Shown: in pieces, positions 50,246 through 62,416 of the stretch
Layout: the number at the start of each line of letters is the position of its first letter
How positions within the stretch are numbered: the stretch's first letter is position 1
Assembly: GCF_004010195.1 (NCBI RefSeq)
Contig: NC_057754.1
Coordinates: forward strand, 10,982,911-11,046,910
Origin: Chiloscyllium plagiosum
Lineage: Eukaryota
Direction: 5' to 3'
Length of the DNA stretch: 64,000 bases
The notes under the pieces: model-generated
What the model saw: only the letters and a program-made list of their open reading frames with translations
Databases searched by the model: none
What the model was told of the DNA's origin: nothing
Translations under genes and position numbers: made by a program

Positions 50246-50563
50246 TGGGCGGCACGGTAGCACAGTGGTTAGCACTGCTGCCTCACAGCGCCGGAGACCG
50301 GGGTTCAGTTCCCGCCTCAGGCGACTGACTGTGTGGAGTTTGCACGTTCTCCCCGTGTTTGCGTGGGTTTCCTCCGGGTGCTCCGGTTTCCTCCCACAGT
50401 CCAAAGATGTGCAGGTCAGGTAAATTGGTCATGCTAAATTGTCCGTAGTGTTAGGTAAGGCGTAAATGTAAGGGTATGGGTGGGTTGCGCTTCGGCGGGT
50501 CGGTGTGGACTTGTTAGGCCGTAGGGCCTGTTTCCACACAGATTAAGTAATCTAATCTAATCT
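50246..50563 (+). mobile_element. Full-length young HE1-type tRNA-derived V-SINE
   Basis: GGCGGCACGGTAGCACAGTGGTTAGCACTGCTGCCTCACAGC head with A/B boxes, V-domain TGTGTGGAGTTTGCACGTTCTCCCCGTG, (TAATC)n tail, flanked by AACT. Confidence 0.9.
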
Positions 50564-51536
50564 AAACTATTAGCCTCTGCCTCCTACCATCAAGCCAATT
50601 TTGTAACCAACTTTCTAGCTCGCTCTGCATGCCATACGATTTAACTTCCCTGAGCAGCCGATAATGTGGAATTTATCAAACGTCTTATTGAAATCCATAT
50701 ACACCACGTCCAAAAAATATTTTAGTAATTATTCCACTCTTTACTGAGCGAATTACTTTGCCAAATTTGTTAACTGGAAGTAACCCTGTTATGTGTGCAT
50801 GTTTTTATTTATTCTTGGAATGTGGAAGTCACTCTCTGAGCTAGAGTTCATTGTCCATCCATAGTTGCTAATCTGAAGGTGGTGATGAACTACCTTCTTT
50901 AACTGCTGCACTCCATTGGGTACAAATACACTCACAGTGCCGTTAAAGAGTGATTTTGTAGGTTTTAAGATATCTTTCCAAGTCGAATGGTAATTGGTTA
51001 AAAATTTGCAGATGGAGGTTTTCCCGTGCATTTTTGTTATATGATTGACTGCAGAGAGATTCCATAGAATCCAATGAAGTTTAGAGTCCCAGTTGACTGT
51101 CATCAATTTAATAATCATCGACTAAAATCACAGAATGATTACACAATAGGAGATCATTTGACCCGTTGGTAACGTGCTGACTTCCTTAAGGAGCAGCTCA
51201 AAGAGCGACACGGACAATTTGAAACGCCATTCCAAGAACATTATAATTCAATTCAATTTTGAATCTTAGTTTATAGGAATATGTAGACAGGTCGGTCAGG
51301 TGGGTAGAAGAATGGCAGAGTTAAACATAACCCCTTTCCAGTAGTGAATTTCACATTACTCCCAATCTTGCTTTGACTCTAAAGAAAAAGACACAAAATA
51401 AATTAGCTTCTCTTCAAAGTTAAAAGCTGATGAATCTCTCTTTATGAGAAAGTAAGGGCTTCAGATGCTGGAGATCAGAGCTGAAAATGTGTTGCTGGAA
51501 AAGCGCAGCAGGTCAGGCAGCATCCAAGGAACAGGA

Positions 51537-51573
51537 GAATCGACGTTTCGGGCATAAGCCCTTCTTCAGGAAT
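51537..51573 (-). ncRNA. Minimal hammerhead ribozyme (CUGAAGA variant)
   Basis: ATTC-CTGAAGA-A-GGGC(TTAT)GCCC-GAA-ACGT-C-GATT within a pLTR fragment at ~51452-51575. Confidence 0.7.
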
Positions 51574-51920
51574 CCCTCTTTATGCCCTGAAGTGAAGTCA
51601 CACCTTGCCTCTCATGTGGCGATGACAAGTGCACACAATTATCCAGCTGTGGTTTAAACAATGTTGCACATCGGCAAAGTTATACTCTAGTCTTGTTAAT
51701 CCACCAAAGTGCATCAACTTACGCGTTTTTTTAAAAGAAGCATATTTGTTTAAGGGATGTGAAGATTTGCTTCCTAGTCCAATATGTATTACCCAAACCT
51801 ATTTGCCGAGAGGTCAGGTAAGAATAAATCACATTGCTTTTGGCCTGGAGGCACATGTAGGCCAAACCAAGTAAGAACAGCGACTTTTCTTTCCTAACGG
51901 ATATATTCAGTGTGAAATTC

Positions 51921-52590
51921 ACTCTGCCATTCTTCTACCCACCTGACCGACCTGTCTACATATTCCTATAAACTAAGATGTTCTTCTTCTCTATTAACCA
52001 CACTGCCTCTTCAGTAATCCAAAAAATATTTACATTCGCCCCAACCACTCATCTATACAGTTTAAATGTATGTCATGAACAATAAGGGCCAACCACTGAA
52101 GTTTATGGTACACCACTGCACATCAAGTTCCAGTCACACAAACACACTTCTATCACCTCCCCCAGTCTTCTACTACTAACCCAATTTTGAAACCAAATTG
52201 CCACAGTATCATGGATGCCATTTTTATTAACATTCTGTATAAGTCTCCTGTGTGGGCATTTCAGAAGATCATACAAATTTCAACAACTGCATCTACACAA
52301 GGAACCTTGCCACACAAGCGATCACCACCTCAATAAATTCCATTAATTTGTTAGACATGTCCTCCATCTGACAAAGCACTGCTGGTGAGCCTTGCTTCTT
52401 CAAGTGGAGATTAATTCTCTATTTCCCTTCCATTGATGTGAAAGCTTCTGCGCTGTGATTTCCTGGTTTATGCACATGATGCTTCCTGAAAAGTGAAACC
52501 ACATTTGCTGTTGTCCAGTCCTCTGCCCGTTCCCAGAGAGAAATTGATAACTTTACACAGGTCACTGTGATTACCTCTGTCATTCCCTCC
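51921..52590 (-). mobile_element. Decayed CR1 RT fragment
   Basis: EDWTTANVVSLFRK on the - strand, with further degenerate RT blocks. Confidence 0.55.
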
Positions 52591-52592
52591 AC

Positions 52593-53125
52593 AAGGTAAA
52601 AACAATGACTGCAGATGCTGGAAACCAGATTCTGGAGTAGAGTGATCCTGGAAAAGCACTGCAGTTCAGGCAGCATCCGAGGAGCAGGAAAATCGACGTT
52701 TCGGGCAAAAGCCATTCAACAGGAATACAGGCAGAGTACCTGAAGGGTGGAGAGATAAATGAGAGGAGGTTGGGGGTGGGGAGAAAGTAGCATAGAGTAC
52801 AATAGGTGAATGAGGGTGGGGATGAAGGTGATAGATCAGAGAGGAAGGTTGAGTGGATAGGTGGAACAGAAGATAGCCCGATAGGACAGGTCATGGGGAC
52901 GGTGCTGAGCTGGAAGTTTGGAACTGGGGTGAGGTGGGGGAAGGGGAAATGAGGAAACTGGTGAAGTCCACATTGATGCCCTTGGGTTGAAGTGTTCCGA
53001 GGGGGAGCATGTCCGAGGCCCTTCACTCTGCCTTTATTCCTGATGAAGGGCTTTTGCCCGAAACGTCGGTTTTCCTGCTCCTCGGATGCTGCCTGAACTG
53101 CTGTTTTTTTCAGCACCACTCTACT
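52593..53125 (-). mobile_element. Penelope-like 3' fragment with an inverted pLTR copy
   Basis: Terminal segments ~52640-52740 and ~53020-53125 are inverted copies, each with a hammerhead motif. The terminus is nearly the same as 8272-8412. Confidence 0.75.
53036..53071 (+). ncRNA. Minimal hammerhead ribozyme (Penelope-associated)
   Basis: ATTC-CTGATGA-A-GGGC(TTTT)GCCC-GAA-ACGT-C-GGTT. Confidence 0.7.
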
Positions 53126-55544
53126 CCATTTTCTCCAGCAGCCTGGGTCATAATTCGTCTGGATCTCAAAATTCTCACCTAATCTCCCACAACAAGACTT
53201 AAGTGCTACAGATTACAAAAAATAGAATGCTAGTGAGCATTGCCTGAGGCAGTCAGTAACACAGTGAATCACTGACCTGGGATGACAATCACTATGGTCC
53301 CGGGTCCATCCACAGTATCATGCTTCTGGCATAGGGACACCGCTAATCGGCACCGTCATACAAAAACTAACAGTACATTATTCTGATGGCCGCATTTACG
53401 AGATACAGGCCCCCTAGGATTTATATCAATTAACAATGTTCAATGTTAATAAACCTCTTTGGTTTAACCTGTTATTTGTGAGACTCAGAGGTCTTACCAC
53501 GTAATCCAGGAATATGGATTGGGCATGAACACTTCATGGAAATGGAGACCATTGTCACAAAGAGATGTCAGAAAATTGTCCCAGGATTTCGGAAATTAAT
53601 AAATATATTTCACAGTCCGGAATGGCAAGCAACATTCTTAAATTAAATGTGACATTTGGTTAGGTCTCATCCAGCCCAAAATTGAGCACAGTCTTTCAAA
53701 TCATGATTAAAACCCAAGGCATTGGTGAGATGTGGAAATAATGATTAAACTGCAGAGGTTGTGTCTCCATGCTCTGGATTGCAATGCATGTTCGGGACTC
53801 GGGACTGGACTCAACATTTCCCGACATTTCAGCGCAGACTCAAATTGCAAGATTAAAAAAAAAGAATGTGCACGCAGGCTTAACATTTTGACAATTCGAT
53901 ATGTTAACACCAAGATCGTTAAAGTAGAAATTAGACTGCAATGCATACGGAATGAGCTATAACGACATGTTTGCTTGATTTTTAAACTAAGATTTCCCTT
54001 TTCATTTACTGCTATGAAAATCTGGAGAGAAACTTGGAACATATGATGCATTGGGCCAACGCCGACTTTGCAGCAGTAATAAGCCCTCATACTTATACGG
54101 CAGTGCTTCAATTCTCTCATCTCGAATACACAGCGAATATGTCTTTTTTTTACTCAACCGTATTCACCTGGAGATCAGCTCCTATTCTGTATCTGTCTGG
54201 ATTTCCATGAGGAAATATCTGTTTTGGAAAGGACAGTATTAGTTGTGACTGTCGTAAACGCTGGTGATCACGGGACTCTGACATTCCTTTCAGTCCATTG
54301 TTCCTGGGGTTTGTGTCACTTAGTGACTGAAAGACCCCGGAAAATAAACAGTGAGGTTATTGGGTGGAATCAGTAATAGAACCGGTTTAGAGTGTAAGTT
54401 TGGCTCAGGAGACCAGGAGGTTCCACTTCCCGTCTTCTTCCCCTCGAACTAGGAACTCTAGCATCTTCCGGAATACGCTGGCTGGATGTTGGCTCAATGC
54501 CTAATCGAAGAAAGGCGGCTCGGCTCAGTGGTACGTCCAGCTCCAGGCAGAAAGAAGCAACACACACAATCAATAAACAAAAAAAAACAGAAATTGCTGG
54601 AAAAGATCAGCAGGTCTGGCAGAATCTGTGGAGAAAAATGAGAGTTCTGAGGAAGAGTCAATAGACCCGAAACATTAACACTGATTTCTCTACACAGAGG
54701 CTGCCAGGCCTGCTGAGTTTTTCCTGTAATTTTTGTTTTTGTTTCTGATTTATAGCATCCTCAGAGCTTTCGGATCTAACACAAAAAATCAATTTTCTCT
54801 GCCGTTTTAGTGAAAATTTCCTGAATCACTTCCCAACGCAGATGGCATCGAAAACCTGGTTTCTGTTGAGAAATTATTGATTCCGTCTCCATTTGAAGCA
54901 CCTCTCACAGTCACAGTGATCGAAAATGAAGTGGGGCACCGATAGTCCATGGGTATTTGGGTAGCACAGATCCTTTTAATTCATTCTTTGGACGTGGATA
55001 TCACTGGCTTCATGCCCAGTTGTAATTGAGACGATGTTAGTGAACTGCATTAGTAATCATAGAACATAGAACAACACAGCACAGAACAGGTCCTTCGGCT
55101 CACGATGTTGTGCTGAACATTTGTCCTAGCTTAAGCACCCATCCATGTACCTATCCAATTGCCGCTTAAAGGTCACCAATGATTCTGTCTCTGCCACTCC
55201 CATAGGCAGCGCATTGCTGCAGATTATTTGGTTTGAGTGCTGTAGAAGGTTTAGTAATTTCGATGTAGCACGTCCTCATTGTGCAGTTTTTTTTCCTGAC
55301 GCAATACCATATTTAAATAAACCATATGGACGTGTCGCTATCAAATCCTTCAGAATACCGTTAGGTGAGGTGGACAAATAACTGTTTAATACAGACATCT
55401 AATAGGCAGGAAATGACAGTTTCCTCGCAATTAATGTCTCATAAACCCTGACTAACATCGTTTTTATCCTGTCGCTTTCTTTTTCGTTATACAGAGCTCT
55501 ATATTCAATGATTAGCCAGACCCTGGTTATTACTGCATTAGTCT

Positions 55545-56300
55545 GTGGAAAATCAGACGTTCTGTATTTTTGTTAAGCCAATTCATTATTATTGTATCTA
55601 TCCCTGGCATAAAGTTTGAATCTTGATTTGTTATATTGAATCGGACTCGTTTCCATTTATGGCTTACTTCACACTTTCGCAGTTTGTATTCAGCGAATGT
55701 GTCTTTATCTCAATTAAACTGCATTCTTTACCAAATGATAGAACACCAGTTCATGTCGAGGACCTTTGGTGTTATTTCTATTACCTTTGTTTCTATTGCT
55801 GTAAACAATGTCTTTTTAAAAAATCGGAATAGGCTACTTCATTTCTCTGCAAATTTTGCCGTTAATTTTGTTTCTGTTTCGATTGCCTCATAGTTCTTGA
55901 TATTAGCCAGGCTTTGTCTCAGCGGTATGTGTTACAGAGAACGTATTGAATTGACTTCTCTCTCTGTTATAGCTGAACGTGTCGCCATGCCTCATGTGAT
56001 TACTTGACATGGCTATATTTCAGTTTACATGATACCATAGGACTTGCCTCTGTGACGTTTTATGGAACCATGTCTTTGTTCCTATTCAGCTCGTCTGTGG
56101 ATGAGCTACTATCACAGTCAGCCTGGACCTAATTGCTGCTATGCTGGAAGACCATATTATCTTTATATTACATTATTTACGAAAGCTGTTTTGATTACAA
56201 TCAGTTCCGTTGCAGTTATTGCTACACTAGGTCAGACATCAATTTATGTAATATTGATCATGTGTCTATTTCCTTCGCACTTGGTGCTATAATTTCTAAG
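55545..56300 (+). pseudogene. Heavily decayed GPR139-like GPCR relic, apparently intronless
   Basis: Colinear, frameshifted matches to the intact paralogs: VILNRTRFHL vs VILCRGRCGL; T-x8-AN-x7-CIL-x7-F vs T-x8-AD-x7-CIL-x7-F; FDCLI vs FDRFI; Q-x4-RY-xx-QRT vs Q-x4-RY-xx-QKT; CLCDV vs WFCDI; LLLCWKTI vs LLLNVLTI; VSISF vs VSLSF. Total spacing is roughly as expected. Confidence 0.5.
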
Positions 56301-56784
56301 GCATGTCTTAGTAGTAACTCTCTACGTCTTTATCTATTTTTAATTCACACTGTCCTGGGGTCAATTGTTCACTGCCTGAATAGAGATGAAGAACAATGCG
56401 GAGAAAAGTGAGGTTATTCACTTTGGCCGAAGAAACGCATGCGTAGTTACGTCTTAAATGGCATAAGCTTGGATAGTGATAATGTCCTTGCCAATGAGTC
56501 ACTGAAGGTGAAAATGCAGCTGCAATAAGATATTTATAGGATAATAGAATGTTAGTCTTATAACGATAGAGGATAAGAGTGGTGAATTCCAGTTCATGTG
56601 TATTTGGACATGTACCTGAAGGGGAAAACGCAGGCAAATGGAATTAGTTTAGTTAGGGAAAACTAGTCGGCATGGACTAGTTGTACTGAAAGGTTTATTT
56701 CCATGCTGGATTACTCGATTACTCTATGACCTTGGTTAGACATAGAGTGGAGTACTGACTGCATTTTTTCTGCTGCCTAATCTC

Positions 56785-57570
56785 ATGAACTTGGTGTTCA
56801 TGTCACACACAGATGACCCCACTACACTATACAGTCTCTTTCTGTCTCTCTCTCTCTTACACACAATTTCTGCGCACGCACACATACACAATCATTCACG
56901 TAGACTCACTCTCATACACAGATATAGAAAAACCCACACTCACACCTATATGCACACCCTCTCATAGGTTTATATTCGGTCACACGAACACACTCCAGCA
57001 GGCACACACATGCACGCAAACACTCCCACTCACACTCACTCCCACTCTTCTCTCCCTCTCTCTCTCCTTCACGTGTATGCACGCACACATTAAAGTCTAT
57101 GTGGTGAATCTGCATTTGCAGGATTATATTTGCAGATGCATTCCATTTTGCTCAAAAAACACACAATTAGCAGGTAGTCAATGCAGTAAATCCATGTGAC
57201 ATTTTATAAATACCTACTTTGGAAATAGAACCGTTCTGATTCAAGGTTGGAACACAGACGGACTGTAACCTTACACTTCAAATGTATTGTCTGAGCTGAG
57301 ATGTCACTTTTTTAAAAACTTAAGTTATCACTGGAATGTGACTTGAAAGAAGTTCTGGGAATTACATCGTAATGAATCGAAACCTGCAACCCATCCTAAA
57401 AGATGAGAGACCTAAATACAATCTAGACTTTTAAAATTGCATGTGCTATAAATTGTGCGTCTTATGATCCTGCCCCACTAGGTACCTGAGAAAGGAGCTG
57501 TGCACCGAAAGCTAGCACTTCCAAACAAACCTATTGGGGTATAAAATGGTGTTATGAGATTTTTAAATTT
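56785..57570 (+). mobile_element. Penelope-like 3' remnant (CA-rich family)
   Basis: Homologous to 4630-5437; degenerate hammerhead at ~57485-57520. Confidence 0.7.
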
Positions 57571-58166
57571 AACCTCATGCAAGATATTATTGTCATAGAA
57601 GAGTGCAACAAAGGCACCCCAGATTTGTTCCCAGAACGATGAGACTGTCTTCTGAATACAGGCAAACTTGGTGCATGTTCTCTCGAGTTTAACAGAATGA
57701 AAAGTGATCACGTTGATATGTATAATGTACTTAAACAGCTACAGCAGAAAGATGCAGATGTGTGTTTTCCCATAGATGGAAATCTGGAATCACATCACAA
57801 TTTAAAATTGAGGTGTCTGCCACTGACGTCCAAGATGGGAGAATTAATTTTAATTTCCTTGGTTGTGAAATTTTGGAGCTTTCCCCTGTGATGCTCAGTC
57901 TTTGCGAATGTTTAAGGTATAGCTTAATAGATTTGCGATCATTAATAGTGTACAGGGCTATTTGGTTGGGGTGGTCAAATGCATTACAGTAACAATGCAT
58001 ATGGTGGATACCATGGTCATACTATCCCATATATTCACACAGATGGAGAATTCACACAAATCAACCAAGAACGATTGAATGGGTAAGTTAGTTATAACGT
58101 CTTTTACAATTAAAATATGGATTTATTATAAGGAAATCATCAACATATTGCTGTCAAGGAAATGAG

Positions 58167-58172
58167 TTTATT
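58167..58172 (-). terminator. Candidate polyadenylation signal of paralog B
   Basis: AATAAA on the - strand about 740 nt after the stop codon. Confidence 0.3.
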
Positions 58173-58907
58173 TTAAAAATTGTGTTAGAATGCAGAAAAT
58201 GAGGAATAAACTCCTGAAGCTTGAAGAATTCAACAACGGCTTGCAAATCGACAGGAAATAGGATGTTGAACATGGAGCGACAACAATAATGCTGTGCACA
58301 GCATTATTGAAGACAATTATATCATTGAAGATAGTTCTTACCAAAAAGACATTGAGCAGCATAATAAGGAGAAATTGGAGAAAGGGTCATAAGGTGTGAC
58401 CCAGCTAGCCATAGTTTTAGCAGTTAGGAGAAACACAATCGATAGACTTGACAATGCAGAACGAGGGCACGCCAGGCAAGCACTTAAATGAATATCATAA
58501 TATTTTCGTTTGGGTCCTGTCAAAGTGAATGAAAGCGCGAAAAGGAGATTGGCCAGATTATGATATTGAGACAACACAAAAAGGGGAGCGAAAGAGAAGA
58601 GGCGGGAGGAAGGAAAAGTGGGAAATAAATACAGAAAAGATTGAAAATTAGTCTATAGCAATGGAGTCTTGGAGTACAGACTGATGACTGAAAGCATGGC
58701 ACAGCATCAATTGTTTAAAAATACAGCAGGTCCAGAAGTTACACAATCCTTTAGTGTTGGCAACACAACAGAGAACTGGCGAAACTGGAGACTGAGCTTT
58801 TCATAACCATAGTGGACCAAATTGAATGAAAACCCTGATGCAGGTTTGTCAGCTGAGATACTGCTGATAGCAGAAAAAGGAAAATATGAGACTACTGCTT
58901 GGTCTTT

Positions 58908-59809
58908 TCACCATTTTATACAACTTCTGAAGGTGGTGAATGGAAAGATTAGCACGTTCTTCAGCTCTTCGCGGAATTGTTTTTGGGCTACAGTGTAGAT
59001 CAAGATATTATTGCAGGAACTGAGGAATTGGAGCATGATAGCCGTCTCTTGAAGGATATATTGCGGGTCATTGAATTCCAGGCCACCAAAGTAGCCATCA
59101 CCTGAAATCTGCACGTACAAGAAACGTCCAACATACGTGGCCCACAGGAAAAGGAAGCTGAGAGAGACCGCAACGAGTAGTACAATGGACTTCTTGCGGT
59201 TGGACACTTCCTGGTCTGCACGATTCTCGGCGCCCCGGATCCTCTTGCGCGCTCGGTTGGCTGCTAATATGCTACTTATAGTCAGCACATTGAGCAGCAG
59301 AATGAGAAAGAAAGGGAAAAACGGTACTAAGATGTGATGCAGCCAGTCGTAGGTTTGCCAGAAAGGCGAATTATAATAGATTGATTTAATAATGCAAAAC
59401 CAGGGCACGCCGTTCAGGTTGTACAATGGCCTAAAAATGAAGTAAAAAGGGATGTTCTTGATGCAGCTCAGGGTACACACGATTCCTATCACTACTGAGG
59501 CCGTTTTCTGAGTACAATATCTGTTCTTCATGCTCTGGTGGCAGATGGCCACGAAACGGTCGAAGGTAAAGGCCACCGTCAACCAGACTGAGCCATCTCG
59601 GACTGCAAAAATCAGAGTACTGCTGAGTCTGCATGCAAAAGTGGTGCCAAGAGCAGTGTCTCGAAAGTAGATCCCGCCGATCCGGTTAAGGATGCACCCA
59701 TTGACGATGACAAGGAAATCACTCACCGCTATTGCCACCAAGTAGTAGGTGATGCAACAAGAGAGTCCACACCGACCTCGTTTTAGAACGACAATCGCCA
59801 AGAAATTTG
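58908..59809 (-). CDS. GPR139-like class A GPCR, paralog B, exon 2 (323 aa in total)
   Basis: Acceptor TCTCTCACAG|CA AAT TTC TTG. The 902-nt exon equals paralog A exon 2 in length and aligns to it without gaps (TFDRFVAIC, WFC, LFLWAT, SSCNNILIY, FREEL). Confidence 0.93.
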
Positions 59810-60914
59810 CTGTGAGAGATGAGAAAGGAATTGTTTGCTACAAGTGTATTTTTTTGGTGAAACTTTAGTAGTAATCTTCGACCAAATTTTAACTATAACC
59901 TTCTACGTTTCTCAACTCTAGACATCATCGATTCCAAAGCTATTGATAATTATCTGACGTGTAATGCTGGATCAATTACTTCCCATGGTAAGAGACATTG
60001 CAATCAGTCCTCAGCATACACTCCGTTCTCTGCTCACTGCATTAATTACTGTGGCTAGTTACCAAACTAAAATCATCTCAGCCAGTTACTTCCCGTGATC
60101 ATATGCATAAAACACCTCATGTACTCGTCAAACATATGTTCACTGATGTGCAGTAACTTTCCAAATTATCTTCGATATTGTCTTTTTTTCAACTGACTCC
60201 TCACTCAATCGTGAGTGCAGGAATGTTCAATTTTTTTTTGTAAGATTTAAGTACTGTACTGACACATTAGCACATTCTTTACTTCCTCAAGGATTTTGTT
60301 TTTTCCAAGCTATTCTGGGGAGAAACATTGCCGAGTTTACTTTCCACTTTGGACCAGGTACTAAAGCACACACTGAGTATGTGAATATTAAATGTCACAA
60401 ATTCATTATTTTAATGTTTATCAGAATAAAGACAAAGAAAGGACTTTAAAAAGGCATCATACATCAACTCACAATTTCTGGCTGACAATGCATCCTGTCA
60501 CTTTGACAGAAATTCTTCTGTCTATTCTTTTTATTGGGTGCCTGGATTCTATGTATCATTGCTAAGTCATTACTTTGGTTTTCAAGCAATCGAAACATAT
60601 AATCATTCTCATCCCTGACCACCTAATGTTTTGATTATGCAGAAAAAAAAATGATTGCTCTCAGATCTTCGACGCACGTGAACGTTCAAACTTCCCAAGT
60701 TAGGTCATTGTCCTCTTATTTTCTGATTGGTCTCTGAAGATCTCAATCATTTATAGGAACATCCTTCTCAACTAAGTTATTCCTTTTGTTTACCAAGTTT
60801 ACAGCTCTGGACATATCGACAGAGTTGCAGCATCCCATCTTCTGAGGAAGGTAAGACTGGGGTTTAAATCACAACTACTCTAGCAGTGTGCAACAAGATT
60901 TCTGAAAGTATTGA

Positions 60915-61990
60915 TAGAAAATAGAATATAGAACAATACAGCACAGAACAGGCCCTTCGGCCCACAATAAAAAAAAACTACTCTCACTCCACATTCCTCT
61001 CCTTCCCAGAAGAGACATCTTGATTTTTGGCACCAGCTGTACGAAACAGATTTCAAGTCTTTCAGTCTTTGGGGTGGTAAGCCCTACTATCTCCCTCCCA
61101 ATTTGCTCTCTTCCCTTATCACTATGACTTTCTCTTCGTGCTTCATTTGAATGGCGCTCCTGACCATGATTCCTAATGTGTTTCATTTATCCTCCCGGTA
61201 CTCTGTAGTCTCATTCATACTGAGAGCAAATTCCTCTACATACGAGATAAAAGTACAGCTGATGCTCCAGTAAAGCTAAATTCTGCATCCTCTCGTGGCT
61301 CCCTCATTCGCTGTCACACCCTCCTGTCTCTAAGTGTGATTGACTGCACAAGCTGTATTTAAGCATATTCATCCATCACTGATGTGTTGCAGTGCCTACA
61401 GCTCAGACTCCAGATCATCAACTCTCTTCTAACTGTCGCTGCACTGGTGTCCAGCAGTTCTCATATCCTGCACCTTCAACACATCACCTGCTCAGGTATT
61501 TCTAATTACTTTATTAAATGGAATTGAAATAAGGTTGAATGTCTTAACTGTATTCTTCAGTTAAATTGAAGTCTCTGATTTAAACTAATTAGCCAATTGC
61601 AAGTTTGGTGTGATGGCACATATTAGCTCTTTCAGAAAGAAACAAGCTGGAACGTCTTTCTGTCAATGATTGTTTTTTTCTCTCTCTCCCAGTATCACTG
61701 TCCTTTTCACGCAAGTTACACAACATCTTTCCGATAGGAAGGAGACTAGAACTGCACGCAATATTCCAACAGTGGCCAAACCAATGTCCTGTGCAGCCGC
61801 AACATGACCTCCCAACTCCCGTACTCAATACTCTGACCAATAAGGAAAGCATACCAAACGCCTTCTTCACTATCCTATCTACGTGCGACTCCACTTTCAA
61901 GGAGCTACAAACCTGCACTCCAAGGTCTCTTTGTTCAGCAACACTCCTTAGGACCTTACCATTACGTGTATAAGTCCTGCTAAGATTTTA
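60915..61990 (-). mobile_element. CR1 fragments within the intron of paralog B
   Basis: QVCSSLKVESHVDRIVKKAFGML (61918-61850); CR1 3' tail near 60915-60970. Confidence 0.65.
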
Positions 61991-62262
61991 GCTATCTAAT
62001 AAACACCATTCCCGTTAAGTTGCACCATTATCAATCAGACAGTATCTTGTGGTATCCCGTAAGGTAATTCAAAGTAACATGCCATATTTGTTCATGGCAT
62101 AGTATAGTATCCTCCAACACATTTGTTTACAGTAACAATTATTCGAATTTTCTTACGTCCAGGCAGTGATGAATATCAGAAGAAAATCCTGATCCGGACA
62201 GGGAAGATACAAAATATCCGATATTTATAACATACGAACATTTTAAAGAATCCGTTTCTTAC

Positions 62263-62332
62263 CAGGGGCACCAATAGCAGCGAGAATAAGATAGCAAATG
62301 GCAAAGATACGCCCATTCGCTGGCACGTGCAT
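62263..62332 (-). CDS. GPR139-like class A GPCR, paralog B, exon 1
   Basis: Reverse strand ATG CAC GTG...GCC CCT G|GTAAGA encodes MHVPANGRIFAICYLILAAIGAP; 70 nt, phase 1; intron 59810-62262. Confidence 0.88.
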
Positions 62333-62416
62333 CCTGTTTTCAGAAAGAATAGGTGTTCCTAAAGCAGTTGATCTTTGCATTATGTCGTATTGAAATCATC
62401 CAACATATATTCCAAA

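Larger units (their letters stand above)
48205..50712 (-). mobile_element. CR1 LINE 3' part, interrupted by a Penelope fragment (48521-49565) and an HE1 SINE
   Basis: - strand MDANVEGLISTFADDTKI...WQMEFNIDKCEVL; CR1 3' UTR near 48205-48300. Confidence 0.8.

Noticed and set aside
50246..50320. tRNA gene or CRISPR-like recurring repeats
   Set aside because: These are tRNA-derived SINE heads and dispersed retroelement ends in eukaryotic DNA, with no repeat-spacer array.
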